The notes under the pieces: model-generated
The model's database searches: none
Told to the model about the DNA's origin: nothing
What the model saw: only the letters and a program-made list of their open reading frames with translations
From: Octopus sinensis
Lineage: Eukaryota
Reading direction: 5' to 3'
Length of the DNA: 64,000 bases
NCBI RefSeq assembly: GCF_006345805.1
Contig: NC_043021.1
Span: 17,050,001 to 17,114,000 of the forward strand
Translations under genes and position numbers: made by a program
In this document: piece after piece, positions 1 through 10,362 of the stretch
Numbering within the stretch: position 1 is the stretch's first letter
How the letters are laid out: the number at the start of each line of letters is the position of its first letter

Positions 1-188
1 CTGGTGCAGCCATCTGGTTCGCCAGTCCTCAGTCAAATCCTCCAACCCATGCTAGAATGGAAAGCGGACGTTAAACGATGATGATGATGATGATGATGAA
101 TGTTATGTGCTGTACTGTACATTAACTCTCCCTCCCTTCATCAAATCGACATCGCCTGAACAGCTGCACGGTGTACCATGCATCAGAT

Positions 189-540
189 ACCGGTGTGATC
201 GCAGAGCAACGTGAAATGAAGTGTTTTGCTCAAGAACACAATGCACCACCCAGTCTAGGAATTGAAACCACGATCTCGCAGTCACAAGTGCAACACCCTA
301 ACCCAGTGGTTTTCAACCAGGGTTACGCGGAACCTTAGGGTTCCGCCAGTACAGTGCAGGGGTTCTGCAAGAAGTTACAAAACTGCTAAAATCGGCAGTA
401 ATTTTAAATTCTCCTGTGCAGATATGTGTGCATAAGACTATTAAATTATTGCACAGGGGTTCCTCGAGCCAGTGGAATGTTTCCTTGGGGTTCCGCTCCA
501 GCAAAAAGTTTGAAAAGCACTGCCCTAACCACTAGGCCAC
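189..540 (-). mobile_element. tRNA-derived SINE 5' part, interrupted by a hAT MITE
   Basis: Minus strand reads GTGGCCTAGTGGTTAGGG (A box)...GTGGTTTCAATTCC (B box)...GTGTTCTTGAGCAAAACAC. A sister copy lies on + at about 8390-8500. Confidence 0.8.
304..522. mobile_element. hAT (Charlie-like) MITE
   Basis: TIRs CAGTGGTTTTCAACC / CAGTGCTTTTCAAAC. Exact 8-bp TSD CCCTAACC at 296-303 and 523-530. Confidence 0.85.
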
Positions 541-628
541 ACATCGTCTCACACATGCACACACACACACACACACACACTTGTATAACCACTGTACACT
601 ATGTGTTGCTCTATGTTATGTTTTACAG

Positions 629-752
629 ACCCACCATACTACAGACCAAGATAGAGAAGAGGGTCTCCCTCCACCCGAAATCTGTCAATTCCACAGAATC
701 AGTGTTTGAATCAAAATGGTTGATTTACCACCAAATGTTGAAGACGTCAGGG
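629..752 (+). CDS. DHX36: DHX36 coding exon (C-terminal OB-fold region), peptide PTILQTKIEKRVSLHPKSVNSTESVFESKWLIYHQMLKTSG
   Basis: tttacAG acceptor and GTGAGT donor. HPKSVN...WLIYH matches the DHX36 C-terminal motif as I recall it (VHPKSVN..F..NWLIYH.KM.TS). In frame with the next three exons. Upstream exons lie outside the window. Confidence 0.9.
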
Positions 753-940
753 GTGAGTAATTCCTTGTTGTTGTATTTGTGTTGTGAGGTTGGGGTTATT
801 AGGCTGTGGTTGTTGAGATAACATTACTGAAGTGAGACAGTGGTGGGGGTGGGGGTATTAAGGATGAAAGATGGCGATGGCGATGGTGACAGCATGTCTG
901 TGCAGAAGTGTACGGAAGGATGAAAGGAGGCAAATGGGCC

Positions 941-1366
941 TTGACAGAACTCAAAGGACTTCAACAGAACACGAAGGGCCTCAACAGAACACAAAGGGCC
1001 TCGACAGAACACAAAGGGCCTCGACAGAACACGAAGGGCCTCGACAGAACACGAAGGGCCTCAACAGAACTGAAAGGGCCTCGACAGAACACAAAGGGCT
1101 TCGACTGAACACAAAGGGCCTCAACAGAACACAAAGGGCCTCGACAGAACACGAAGGGCCTCAACAGAACTCAAAGGGCCTCGACAGAACTCAACGGGCC
1201 TCGACAGAACACAAAGAGCCTTGACAGAACACGAAGGGCCTCAACAGAACTCAAAGGGCCTCGACAGAACACGAAGGGCCTCGACAGAACACGAAGGGCC
1301 TCGACAGAACGCAAAGTGCCTCGACAGAACTCAAAGGGCCTCAACAGAACTCAAAGGGCCTCGACA
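941..1366. repeat. 20-bp minisatellite, about 21 copies of TCRACAGAACWCRAAGGGCC, in a DHX36 intron
   Basis: Direct tandem periodicity visible in the sequence. Confidence 0.95.
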
Positions 1367-1507
1367 GTGCAGCATATTACATCTCCTTTTGGTTTTTTTC
1401 TTTTTGTTTGTTGTTATTTAGCTTTGGTTTTTTTTTTTTTTTATTAAATTTCTTTGTTAATTAGTTTTGTTAATTATGGAACTGTTGGTGTTAATTCTCT
1501 TCTGCAG

Positions 1508-1582
1508 ATCTACCTCCATGATTGTACCATTATCTCACCCTACCCACTTCTATTCTTTGGTGGACCAATAGGCATCAAAAGG
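1508..1582 (+). CDS. DHX36: DHX36 coding exon, IYLHDCTIISPYPLLFFGGPIGIKR
   Basis: ctgcAG acceptor, GTAAGT donor, phase 0. Matches DHX36 IYLYDCTEVSPYCLLFFGGDISIQK. Confidence 0.92.
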
Positions 1583-2318
1583 GTAAGTCTCCTGTACTGT
1601 TGTCATGCTCGCTGTTGTTGTTGTTGTAGCTGTTGTTGTTGCTATGGTGATTTTCTTGATGCGATGGTTTTGTTGTCGTGACTGTTGAGAAATGGAGAGC
1701 CACAACGATGTAAAAAGAGGATTTTGTTTGAGTCGGATATTTTTGAGAGAACTTCTATGTGGTCATGCTGCTGCTAGAAACAGCAGTCAAATTCCCTCAA
1801 ATCATCCTACCCCCCTTTCTGTCATAAAGAAACAAATTATTCATTGGATGCGGTAATCCTACATTGTCATTGTCCTCTGGAAAGATGGGATGGTCAAGGC
1901 TGGAACATCTCTAATCATGGATCTGTTTCATCAGGTCCAAGACACACTAAGCACCGAGAGGAACAAACCACTGCATGGCTGCTTGAACTGCTAAAAATAA
2001 CTGCGAGATCTCCTCCAAACTACATCCTACTGTCTTAAGATGGGAAGGGCACATTGCATAATGTTGTCCTGAATAAAAGATGGGATGGTCTTGTTTGGAA
2101 TGCCTTCAATCATAGCTCTGTTCAGTCAGGACTGACCAGGGTCAAAAGCAATGACAACATATGCTACCACTCATTTCCAGATCCTTGTATTTTCGCCAAA
2201 AGGGCCCCATTCCTTAGATCCTCTCCTCATGTTCTTCTTACAATCGACTACACCACCGCACACGTCTCTTCTACTCCTCGTGTTTGTCCCTAATTAGCAC
2301 GCCCCACCCCCTACTCAT

Positions 2319-2727
2319 TTACTCTTTTACTCTTTTACTTGTTTCAGTCATTTGACTGCGGCCATGCTGGAGCACCGCCTTTAGTCGAGCAAATCGACCC
2401 CGGGACTTATTCTTTGTAAGCCCAGTACTTATTCTATCGGTCTCTTTTGCTGAACCGCTAAGTGACGGGGACGTAAACACACCAGTATCGGTTGTCAAGC
2501 AATGCTAGGGGGACAAACACAGACACACAAACACACACACGCACATATATATATATATATACATATATACGACAGGCTTCTTTCAGTTTCCGTCTACCAA
2601 ATCCACTCACAAGGCATTGGTCGGCCCGGGGCTATAGCAGAAGACACTTGCCCAAGATGCCACGCAGTGGGACTGAACCCGGAACCATGTGGTTGGTTAG
2701 CAAGCTACTTAACACACAGCCACTCCT
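2319..2727 (-). mobile_element. tRNA-derived SINE family A (head AGGAGTGGCTGTGTGGTAAG, internal TA/TG microsatellite, GTAAAAGA tail)
   Basis: Many near-identical copies in the window (4765-5159, 12735-13297, about 53060-53480, 54060-54470, 63283-63672). A and B boxes present. Confidence 0.9.
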
Positions 2728-2823
2728 TGTAATTTCATGAACACATACACCACTGCTACCATTCTAGCATTTGAATTCTGTTCTTTGAGTCGATTCCTCA
2801 TTCTTTCTGCCGTTTCCTTACAG

Positions 2824-2901
2824 GATGGTGACCAAGACTGCATCACGGTGGATGAATGGATCGTTTTCCAGGCCTCTCCAAAAACAGCAGCTCTTGTGAA
2901 G
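2824..2901 (+). CDS. DHX36: DHX36 coding exon, DGDQDCITVDEWIVFQASPKTAALVK
   Basis: ttacAG acceptor. Matches DHX36 DNDQETIAVDEWIVFQSPARIAHLVK. Ends AAG|GCAAGT (GC donor). Confidence 0.92.
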
Positions 2902-4573
2902 GCAAGTATTTCCATCATCATCGTCATCAATATCATCATCGTCATCATCATCATCATGTATACACAAGATTGCTAGGCATTATCATGTGGGAGAGTAAGG
3001 AGCAGGGAGGATCACAGGTAAGTTCACTGCCATCAATTTACCCTGAGGAAAGTTTACCAAGAAAATATATCCACAGTATTTCGTTTTGGGATTTGGTTTG
3101 CAAGATTCTTTATGTGAGTTCATGTATTGAAACATATTTTGTTGTGTCTGGGGAGAGTCATTTTCTTTTTGCGCCTTATAATATAACACACTCACTGGTA
3201 AAGTTTCCACTCATTTACTTTTTTTTTTTTTTGCCTAAAAATTTTTGAATGGACAGAGTCAATGACCATTGAAATGGTTGCAAAACACAACGAAAATTTT
3301 TAGGAAAAATAAATAAGTAAATGAGTGGAAACTTTACCGTGTCTGGGGAGAGTCATTTTCTTTTTTTGCCTTATAATTTAACACACTCACTGGTAAAGTT
3401 TCCACTCATTTACTTAGTTATTTTTCCTGAAATTTTCGAACAGACAGAGTCAACGACCATTGAAATGGTTGCAAGACACAACGAAAATTTTTAGGGAAAA
3501 TATATAAGTAAATGAGTGGAAACTTTACCAGTGAGTGTGTTAATAATAAGGCACTAAAAGAGAATGACTCGCCCCAGACACAACAGAATATCCACAGTAT
3601 CTCACCGTTAATATTCTGTTGTGTCTGGGGAGAGTCATTTTCTTTTTTTGCCTTATAATTAACACACTCACTGGTAAAGTTTCCACTCATTTACTTAGTT
3701 ATTTTTCCTGAAATTTTCGAACAGACAGAGTCAACGACCATTGAAATGGTTGCAAGACACAACGAAAATTTTTAGGGAAAATATATAAGTAAATGAGTGG
3801 AAACTTTACCAGTGAGTGTGTTAAATAATAAGGCACTAAAAGAGAATGACTCGCCCCAGACACAACAGAATATCCACAGTATCTCACCGTTAATATTCTG
3901 TTGTGTCTGGGGAGAGTCATTTTCTTTTTTTGCCTTATAATTTAACACACTCACTGGTAAAGTTTCCACTCATTTACTTAGTTATTTTTCCTGAAATTTT
4001 CGAACAGACAGAGTCAACGACCATTGAAATGGTTGCAAGACACAACGAAAATTTTTAGGGAAAATATATAAGTAAATGAGTGGAAACTTTACCAGTGAGT
4101 GTGTTAAATAATAAGGCACTAAAAGAGAATGACTCGCCCCAGACACAACAGAATATCCACAGTATCTCACCGTTAATATTTTGTTGTGTCTGGGGAGAGT
4201 CATTCTCTTTTAGTACCTTATAATGTAACACACTCACCGGTAAAATTTCCACTTATTTCTTATTTTTATTTTCCTAAAATTTTCGTTGCGTCTTGCAACC
4301 TTTTCAAATATATATATATTTATAAAATATATATATATATAAACATTATATTATGAATACTGTAAGAGGCACTGGTATGGCTGTGTGGTAAGAAGTTTGC
4401 TTCCCGACCACATGGTTCTGGGTTCAGTCCCACTGCATGGCAACTTGGGCAAGTGTCTTTTACTATAACCTCAGGCTAACCGAAGTCTTGGTAGACAGAA
4501 AAAGCCCACCGTGTGTGTGTCTGTGTGATTTTCTTTTGATATTGCATAACTGATTATCTCCCTTTGTGACCAG
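2902..4573 (+). other. DHX36: GC-AG intron of DHX36
   Basis: Protein continuity LVK|DLR requires the donor at AAG|GCAAGT, the typical GC-AG consensus. Confidence 0.85.
3139..4308. repeat. Tandem array of about 282-283 bp units, each unit itself an inverted repeat with arms of about 110 bp
   Basis: TGTTGTGTCTGGGGAGAGTC...TTTTCG alternates with its reverse complement. Duplicated ORFs in the track are offset by 283 bp. Confidence 0.9.
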
Positions 4574-4720
4574 GATTTACGCACAGAACTGGATCAATTG
4601 CTCGAAGAGAAAATCAGCACCCCGGGCCCCACCGATTGGGGTGTGAGTAAGAAGGAAGGGGCCTTAATGAAGGCCATTATTGATCTTGTCATCCAGCCAT
4701 GCCCATCACCACAATTTTAA
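4574..4720 (+). CDS. DHX36: DHX36 last coding exon, DLRTELDQLLEEKISTPGPTDWGVSKKEGALMKAIIDLVIQPCPSPQF*
   Basis: ccAG acceptor, 48 codons plus TAA. Matches DHX36 ELRKELDILLQEKIESPHPVDW...AVLSAIIDLI. Confidence 0.92.
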   Translation, partial: DLRTELDQLLEEKISTPGPTDWGVSKKEGALMKAIIDLVIQPCPSPQF

Positions 4721-4764
4721 GGTCAGTCAACACTTTTGTATCTACTTTAATTTATTTTTATTTT

Positions 4765-5159
4765 GCTCTCTTTTTTACGTGTTTCAGTCATTTGACTGCG
4801 GCCATGCTGGAGCACCGCCTTTAGTCGAAAAAATCGACCCCAGGACTTATTCTTTGTAAGCCCAGTACTTATTCTGTCGGTCTCTTTTGCCGAACCGCTA
4901 AGTGATGGGGACGTAAACACACCAGCATCGGTTGTCAAGCAATGCTAGGGGGACAAACACAGACACACACACATATACACACACATACATATATATATAC
5001 GACGGGCTTCTTTCAGTTTCCGTCTACCAAATCCACTCACAAGACTTTGGTCGGCCCGAGGCTATAGTAGAAGACACTTGCCCAAGGTGCCACGCAGTGG
5101 GACTAAACCCGGAACCATGTGGTTGGTAAGCAAGCTACTTACCACACAGCCACTCCTGC
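4765..5159 (-). mobile_element. SINE family A, antisense, starting about 45 bp after the DHX36 stop codon
   Basis: Full-length match to the other family A copies. Confidence 0.9.
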
Positions 5160-5352
5160 TGTTAAATATAGGTTCTGAGTTCAGTCCTGTTATTTGGCAC
5201 CATGGCCGTGTGTCTTCCACTGTAGACTCAAAACTGGCCAATGTCTTGTGAATGAAATTTGATTGATTTTTTTTTTTTACAGTAAACTAAAAATACTTGA
5301 AGCTGTTGTCGTAGCATGGTCGCAGTCTGTCTGAAACTAGGATTGGAACTAC

Positions 5353-5367
5353 AATAAAGTAAATAAA
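5353..5367 (+). terminator. Candidate DHX36 polyadenylation signals
   Basis: Two AATAAA hexamers (5353-5358, 5362-5367) followed by GT-rich GTGTGTTCTTGTTT, about 640 nt after the stop codon. Confidence 0.45.
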
Positions 5368-6985
5368 GTGTGTTCTTGTTTAGCTCCAGGTCAGGCCAGT
5401 TTGAGCAGATTTATGACCGACATGACTCCAGCCATGACCACTCCATTTTGTTTTCAGGAATAGTGTATCTAGGACTGCATCATTCAATGTGTCCCACCTT
5501 ATTCTTATTAAAAAGGTTGAACATGATTTGAGGGAGTTTTAGTTGCTAAGCTGGTGACTTGTATACAACAGCCATTCATTTAACAGGGACCAAGTTCTGG
5601 GTCAGCTATTACAGTGTGTCCAGTAGGGAGGGGCCAGCTTAGGAAATCAGGAGTTTTGAGGGGAGTATGGAGATACTCCTTAGTGGAGTAACAGCATTAC
5701 TCCTAGGTCCACTGTGGCCTGGAGTTGTGGTACTTGTTAAGGGTCCCAGTTCTGTGTCAAATAGCAGAAGAGGGTCCTGTGGCTAAGGCATACAGGATCC
5801 AGAGGAAAACTGGTCCATAGACATGTCAAACAGCCCCATCACTGTGTGGACGTTGTCACTTGAACCAGTCCTCCATATTTAAGGGTGGAAGGTGGACATT
5901 AAATAATGATGATGATGACAGACCAAACCCAAACTGCCAAGTGGATAGGAACTGGCATGAGATTTATCAGTCTCAACTAGAAATGGACCAAGGAGATCAG
6001 CTATCTCTGAAAGAGCAATGTGGTCATTTACTATTGCTTGACCATCCTGCCTTGCTCCAATTATCATCTCACCTGATTAGAATGCCCACTCTTTCACCTC
6101 TTGTGGAAGGAATGTTCCACCAATGAGAAGATCCTTTCATGTGGGTGTCATGACACGCCATGGTCGATGATATGCACACATGCGTTATAGCTGCACCATT
6201 TCCAAAGATTCCTGACTAGTGGGCAGTTGTGTTGATTGTCTTTTAGTCATGTCTTCCTACAGCTCGTCTCTTTCAAGCTGCAGTCCTGGGTCAGAAAAAA
6301 TTCAAGATTGGGCACCTGGTATGTTGTCCCCTAACAATTAGAGTAGCAGCCCCCAAAATTACTGCCCTTCTGCCTAAATCATAAACCATAATCATCATCA
6401 ACATTATTATTATTATTGTTATTATTATTATCATCATTGAGTGAGAGAGCAGTGCATAGCATCAAAGTGACACTGGGGTAAAATATACGAAGCCCAGTAT
6501 ACTCATCATGACTACCTGTCTGATGAAGGTACACTAGGCACATGCATCACAACCATATGTGCACAACACAGTGATCTTATATCAAGATAAACAGCACATG
6601 ACCTTGCAGGTGGGGCCCAGTTAGAATTTTCTTCTGGTCAAGTAACCCAGCCCGCTCAAAAGGTCCCTGAATAAGGGTTGTTTAAGGATGTTGAACAAAA
6701 CACCCATGTTTCCAGAGGTGAATTATTCAAACCCCAAAGAATGCCTCTCAACATATGGCCATGATGCTCCCCCACTACTTCTGCTTGTTATCAGAGATGC
6801 ACGTACAGTCAGCCATTAAGGGACATGCTCAACTGGTTACGGTCAAACAACTGACAAGCAAAATCTGTGGCATTGAGCAGAATATTTGCTGTAGCCCATC
6901 TTTTATACTAAGACAAAACAATGTACATGATAACACTTCCAATCAGTTAAGATTAGAAGCCATGAGAGCCACTGGGCATCAGGGC

Positions 6986-7024
<39 letters not shown>

Positions 7025-7710
7025 GATGGTGAGTTGGCAGAATTGATAGCACGCTGGACAAGATGCTTAGCAGCATTTCGTCCACCTTTAGATTCTGAGT
7101 TCAAACTCCACCTTATCTTTCATCCTTTTGGGGTTAATAAAATAGGGGACCCTTTGAGCACTGGAGTCAATGTAATCAGCTTATGCCCTCCCTCAAATTT
7201 TCAGGCCTGTACCAAAATTTGAAAACAAGGCAGCAAGCTGGCAGACTCATTAGCATGCTAGAAATACTTATTGGGCATTTCGTCTTGTCTTTACATTCTG
7301 AGTTCAAATTCCACCCAGGTCAGCTTTGCCTTTCATCCTTTCAAGGTCAATAAAATAGGGGACCTGTTAAGCACTGATCCCCTGTCCTTAAACTTGCTGG
7401 CCTTGTGCCAAAATTTAAAACCATTATTATTATTAGTAGTAGTAATATTTAAATATTTTGAATTTTATTTTAGGGGTCTACATTGTGAATATGAAGGCCT
7501 TGGATCTGCAGATCTCATGTGAACAACAACACAAACCCATTCAACTTAAAACTGTGTACATTTTCTTGTAAACTTGATAATAATAAATCTTAACGTTATC
7601 ACATCTTTCCATCATCAGATTTCCTAATTCCAAAGGAATTCGCTGTCGCCTGATCCTTTTGTTTTTCTAGATTCTTTGGATTCAAATCACACAACTGCTA
7701 AACTCCTACC

Positions 7711-7944
7711 TATTTCTTTACTGCCCACAAGGGGCTAAACACAGAGAGGACGAACAAGGACAGACAAACAGATTAAGTCGATCATATCGACCCCTGTGCG
7801 TAACTGTACTTATTTAATCGACCCCGAAAGGATGAAAGGCAAAGTCAACCTCGGCGGAATTTGAACTCAGAACGTACCAGCAGACGAAATACCGCTAAGC
7901 ATTTCGCCCGGCGTGCTAACGTTTCTGCCAGCTTGCCGCCTTCT
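7711..7944 (-). mobile_element. tRNA-derived SINE family B (GGCGGCAAGCTGGCAGAAACGTTAGCACG...AAAGAAATA) with 18-bp TSD
   Basis: TSD AACTGCTAAACTCCTACC at 7693-7710 and 7945-7962. Confidence 0.9.
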
Positions 7945-8774
7945 AACTGCTAAACTCCTACCACATGGTTACTGGGATGCTAGAAGCAGCAGCCAGATCT
8001 GGCTTTAAAAAAATTTTGAAGGACATCTATTTGGATAGATGGAAGGGTCATGCAAAGAATCCCTTTGATTCTGGGCTAATCCAGGGCCTAAACAACAACA
8101 ATTCACATCCCCTTCTCTAGAGATGGAGAGATCACACCTGGAATGTCTTTTGATCTGCAAGATCGGGGTTGATGAGGTCTTTGTCCCCTTCTCCAAAGAA
8201 AGGACCTGTTGTCTTCACAAACAGGAAATGTTCTACTCCTGATCATTTACTGACCCTTTTTTTTATTACCAAGTCACATGACCTATATTAGGGTATCATA
8301 ACACATGAAGCTCCCTACATCTGTTACATCATCTGCTATGACCCACAGAGTGTTACTGACACTTTTCAACTCTGCTGCTGGTACACTGTGAAGGTGTGTG
8401 GCCTAGTGGTTAGCGTGTTGCACTTACATTTGCTAGATCATGGTTTCAATTCCCAGGCCAGGCAGTGCATTGTGTTCTTGAGCAAAACACATCATTTCAC
8501 CATGTGTGTATAAACGTAAACAAACAAACATTTGTTCTTTTATTAGAAGCATCAAAGACATGTATTGTACGATACAAATAAGATGGTATTTTTTCGAACG
8601 CAGAGTTGCCATTAGAACAGCAGAAATACTGGATAAGTTACCCTTACAGGGCGAAAAACTTTGTCAACAACCATGGCTGGCTGTCGACAAATTTTTCTGC
8701 TTTGTAAGGGTAATTTACCCAATATTTTTGCTGTTTTAACGGCCACTCTATGTTCGAAAAAATATCATTTTACT

Positions 8775-9055
8775 TCATCATCATCATTTAACGTCCGTTT
8801 TCCATGCTAGCATGGGTTGGATGGTTCGACCGGGGTCTGGTAAGCCATGGAGGCTGCACCAGGCTCCAGTCTGATTTGGCAGTGTTTCTACAGCTGGATG
8901 CCCTTCCTAACGCCAACCACTCCGTGAGTGTAGTGGGTGTTTTTTACGTGCCACCGGCACAGGAGCCAGTGCAGGCTGACAAACAGCCACGATCAGTTGG
9001 TGCTTTTTACGTATCACCTACACGGACGCCAGTCAGGCGATGCTAGTAACTGCTA
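8775..9055 (-). mobile_element. Retroposon family D ((GAT)n tail, GGCGTTAGGAAGGGCATCCAGC motif), 5'-truncated
   Basis: Same family at 1-98, 10008-10362, about 35050-35326, 37050-37315, 45176-45363 and about 63860-63995. Confidence 0.85.
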
Positions 9056-9250
9056 CTGTATTATAGAATACATGATTTCATGTTGGTCTGCAGATGGAAA
9101 AGCGGAAGAACCTTTGCCACATCAGCAGAAATGTATTATGGTATATCTTCCGGCTCTCTACATTCTGAGTTCAAATCTCAGGTGCCTGGAGGAAGCAACG
9201 GGAAACCACTCTGGTATTAATCTCAAGTCTAGTTACAGATGGCCATAATT

Positions 9251-9516
9251 CTAGTAATCTACTTAAACGCAGCACTCATATAGAGAGTGCTGGAGAAGGT
9301 TCACATGCACAGGACCTGCCCAATGGCAGACCCTCCCCCCCAACTAGACTAAACTGTAACACCCTCAAACCTTGCCAACTACATTTTTAGGACAGCAATC
9401 ACACAGACGGACGGACATTCTCTGACTTACGTGTGATGTAAGAACAAAGGTTGCTGCCACGATTCTTCTGTGCTTTAACCCCTAAACTTCCCGTACAAAA
9501 AACGGGGTCGCATGAG
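9251..9516 (-). mobile_element. Putative non-autonomous Helitron/Helentron-like element
   Basis: On the minus strand an 8-bp-stem hairpin CAGCACTC/GAGTGCTG (9270-9292) lies 15 nt before CTAG. Short (ACGG)n at 9403-9416. A second hairpin CCCGT/ACGGG at 9490-9506. Confidence 0.4.
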
Positions 9517-10007
9517 ATGGCATCAGTCTGTCAGTCCTGAAACACACAATCTTGCAAGAATCATACTAATCATACTAATTTCCATTTATTTTGGAGAAAG
9601 TGAGGAACTCCCTAATGTAAGGGGGGAAATCTCTAATCCCTTCTATCATTCATCTCTGTTCTGTAATAGAATCCTTAGAGAATTGGGAAGATATTAAACA
9701 TTCACCTCCTCCTGCGGTGATCCAGGCAAGCCTTACAAAGTTAATCACCCTCATCACTCCACCCTTTTACCTGACACAGAACACCTTTTTATGCTTCATT
9801 TTTATGATTTAATCATACTAGAAGGGCAGGACCCACTTGTATCTTTGCTTTTTCTTTTCTTTTCAAAGCATGGCTGTGTAGTAAGGTGGTAAGAAGCTGA
9901 CTTCCCAACCACACAGTTCTGGGTTCAGTCCCACTGCATAACTTTTTGGGAAAGTGTCTTCTACTATAGCCCTGGGTCAACCAAAGCCTTGGGAGTGAAT
10001 TTGACAG

Positions 10008-10362
10008 ATCATCATCATCATCGTTTAGCGTCCGCTTTCCATGCTGGCATGGGTTGGACGGTTCAACTGGGGTCTGGGAAGCCAGAAGGCTGCACAAGGC
10101 CCAGTCTGATCTGGCAGTGTTTCTACGGCTGGATGCCCTTCCTAACACCAACCACTCTGAGAGTGTAGTGGGTGCTTTTTACGAGCCACCCGCACAGGTA
10201 CCAGACGAGGCTGGCAACGGCCACGATCGGATGGTGCTTTTTATGTGCCACCGGCACGGAGGCCAGTCGGGGTGGCGCTGGCAACGGCCACGTTCGGATG
10301 GTTCTCTTACGTGCCACCGGCACTGGTATCACAGCTACAATTTCCATTGATATTGATCGATT
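10008..10362 (-). mobile_element. Family D element nested in a family A SINE
   Basis: The host reads ...GAATTTGACAGAT | insert | CAGATGGAAACTGAAA..., with CAGAT duplicated. Confidence 0.8.

Noticed and set aside
941-1366. CRISPR-like regular repeats (also 33198-33594, 62128-63050)
   Set aside because: Head-to-tail units with no unique spacers, in spliced eukaryotic DNA with no cas genes.
6430-6980. Non-microsatellite block between (ATT)n runs, possibly a LINE 3' region
   Set aside because: Single copy in the window and no ORF, so I cannot support a family call from the sequence alone.
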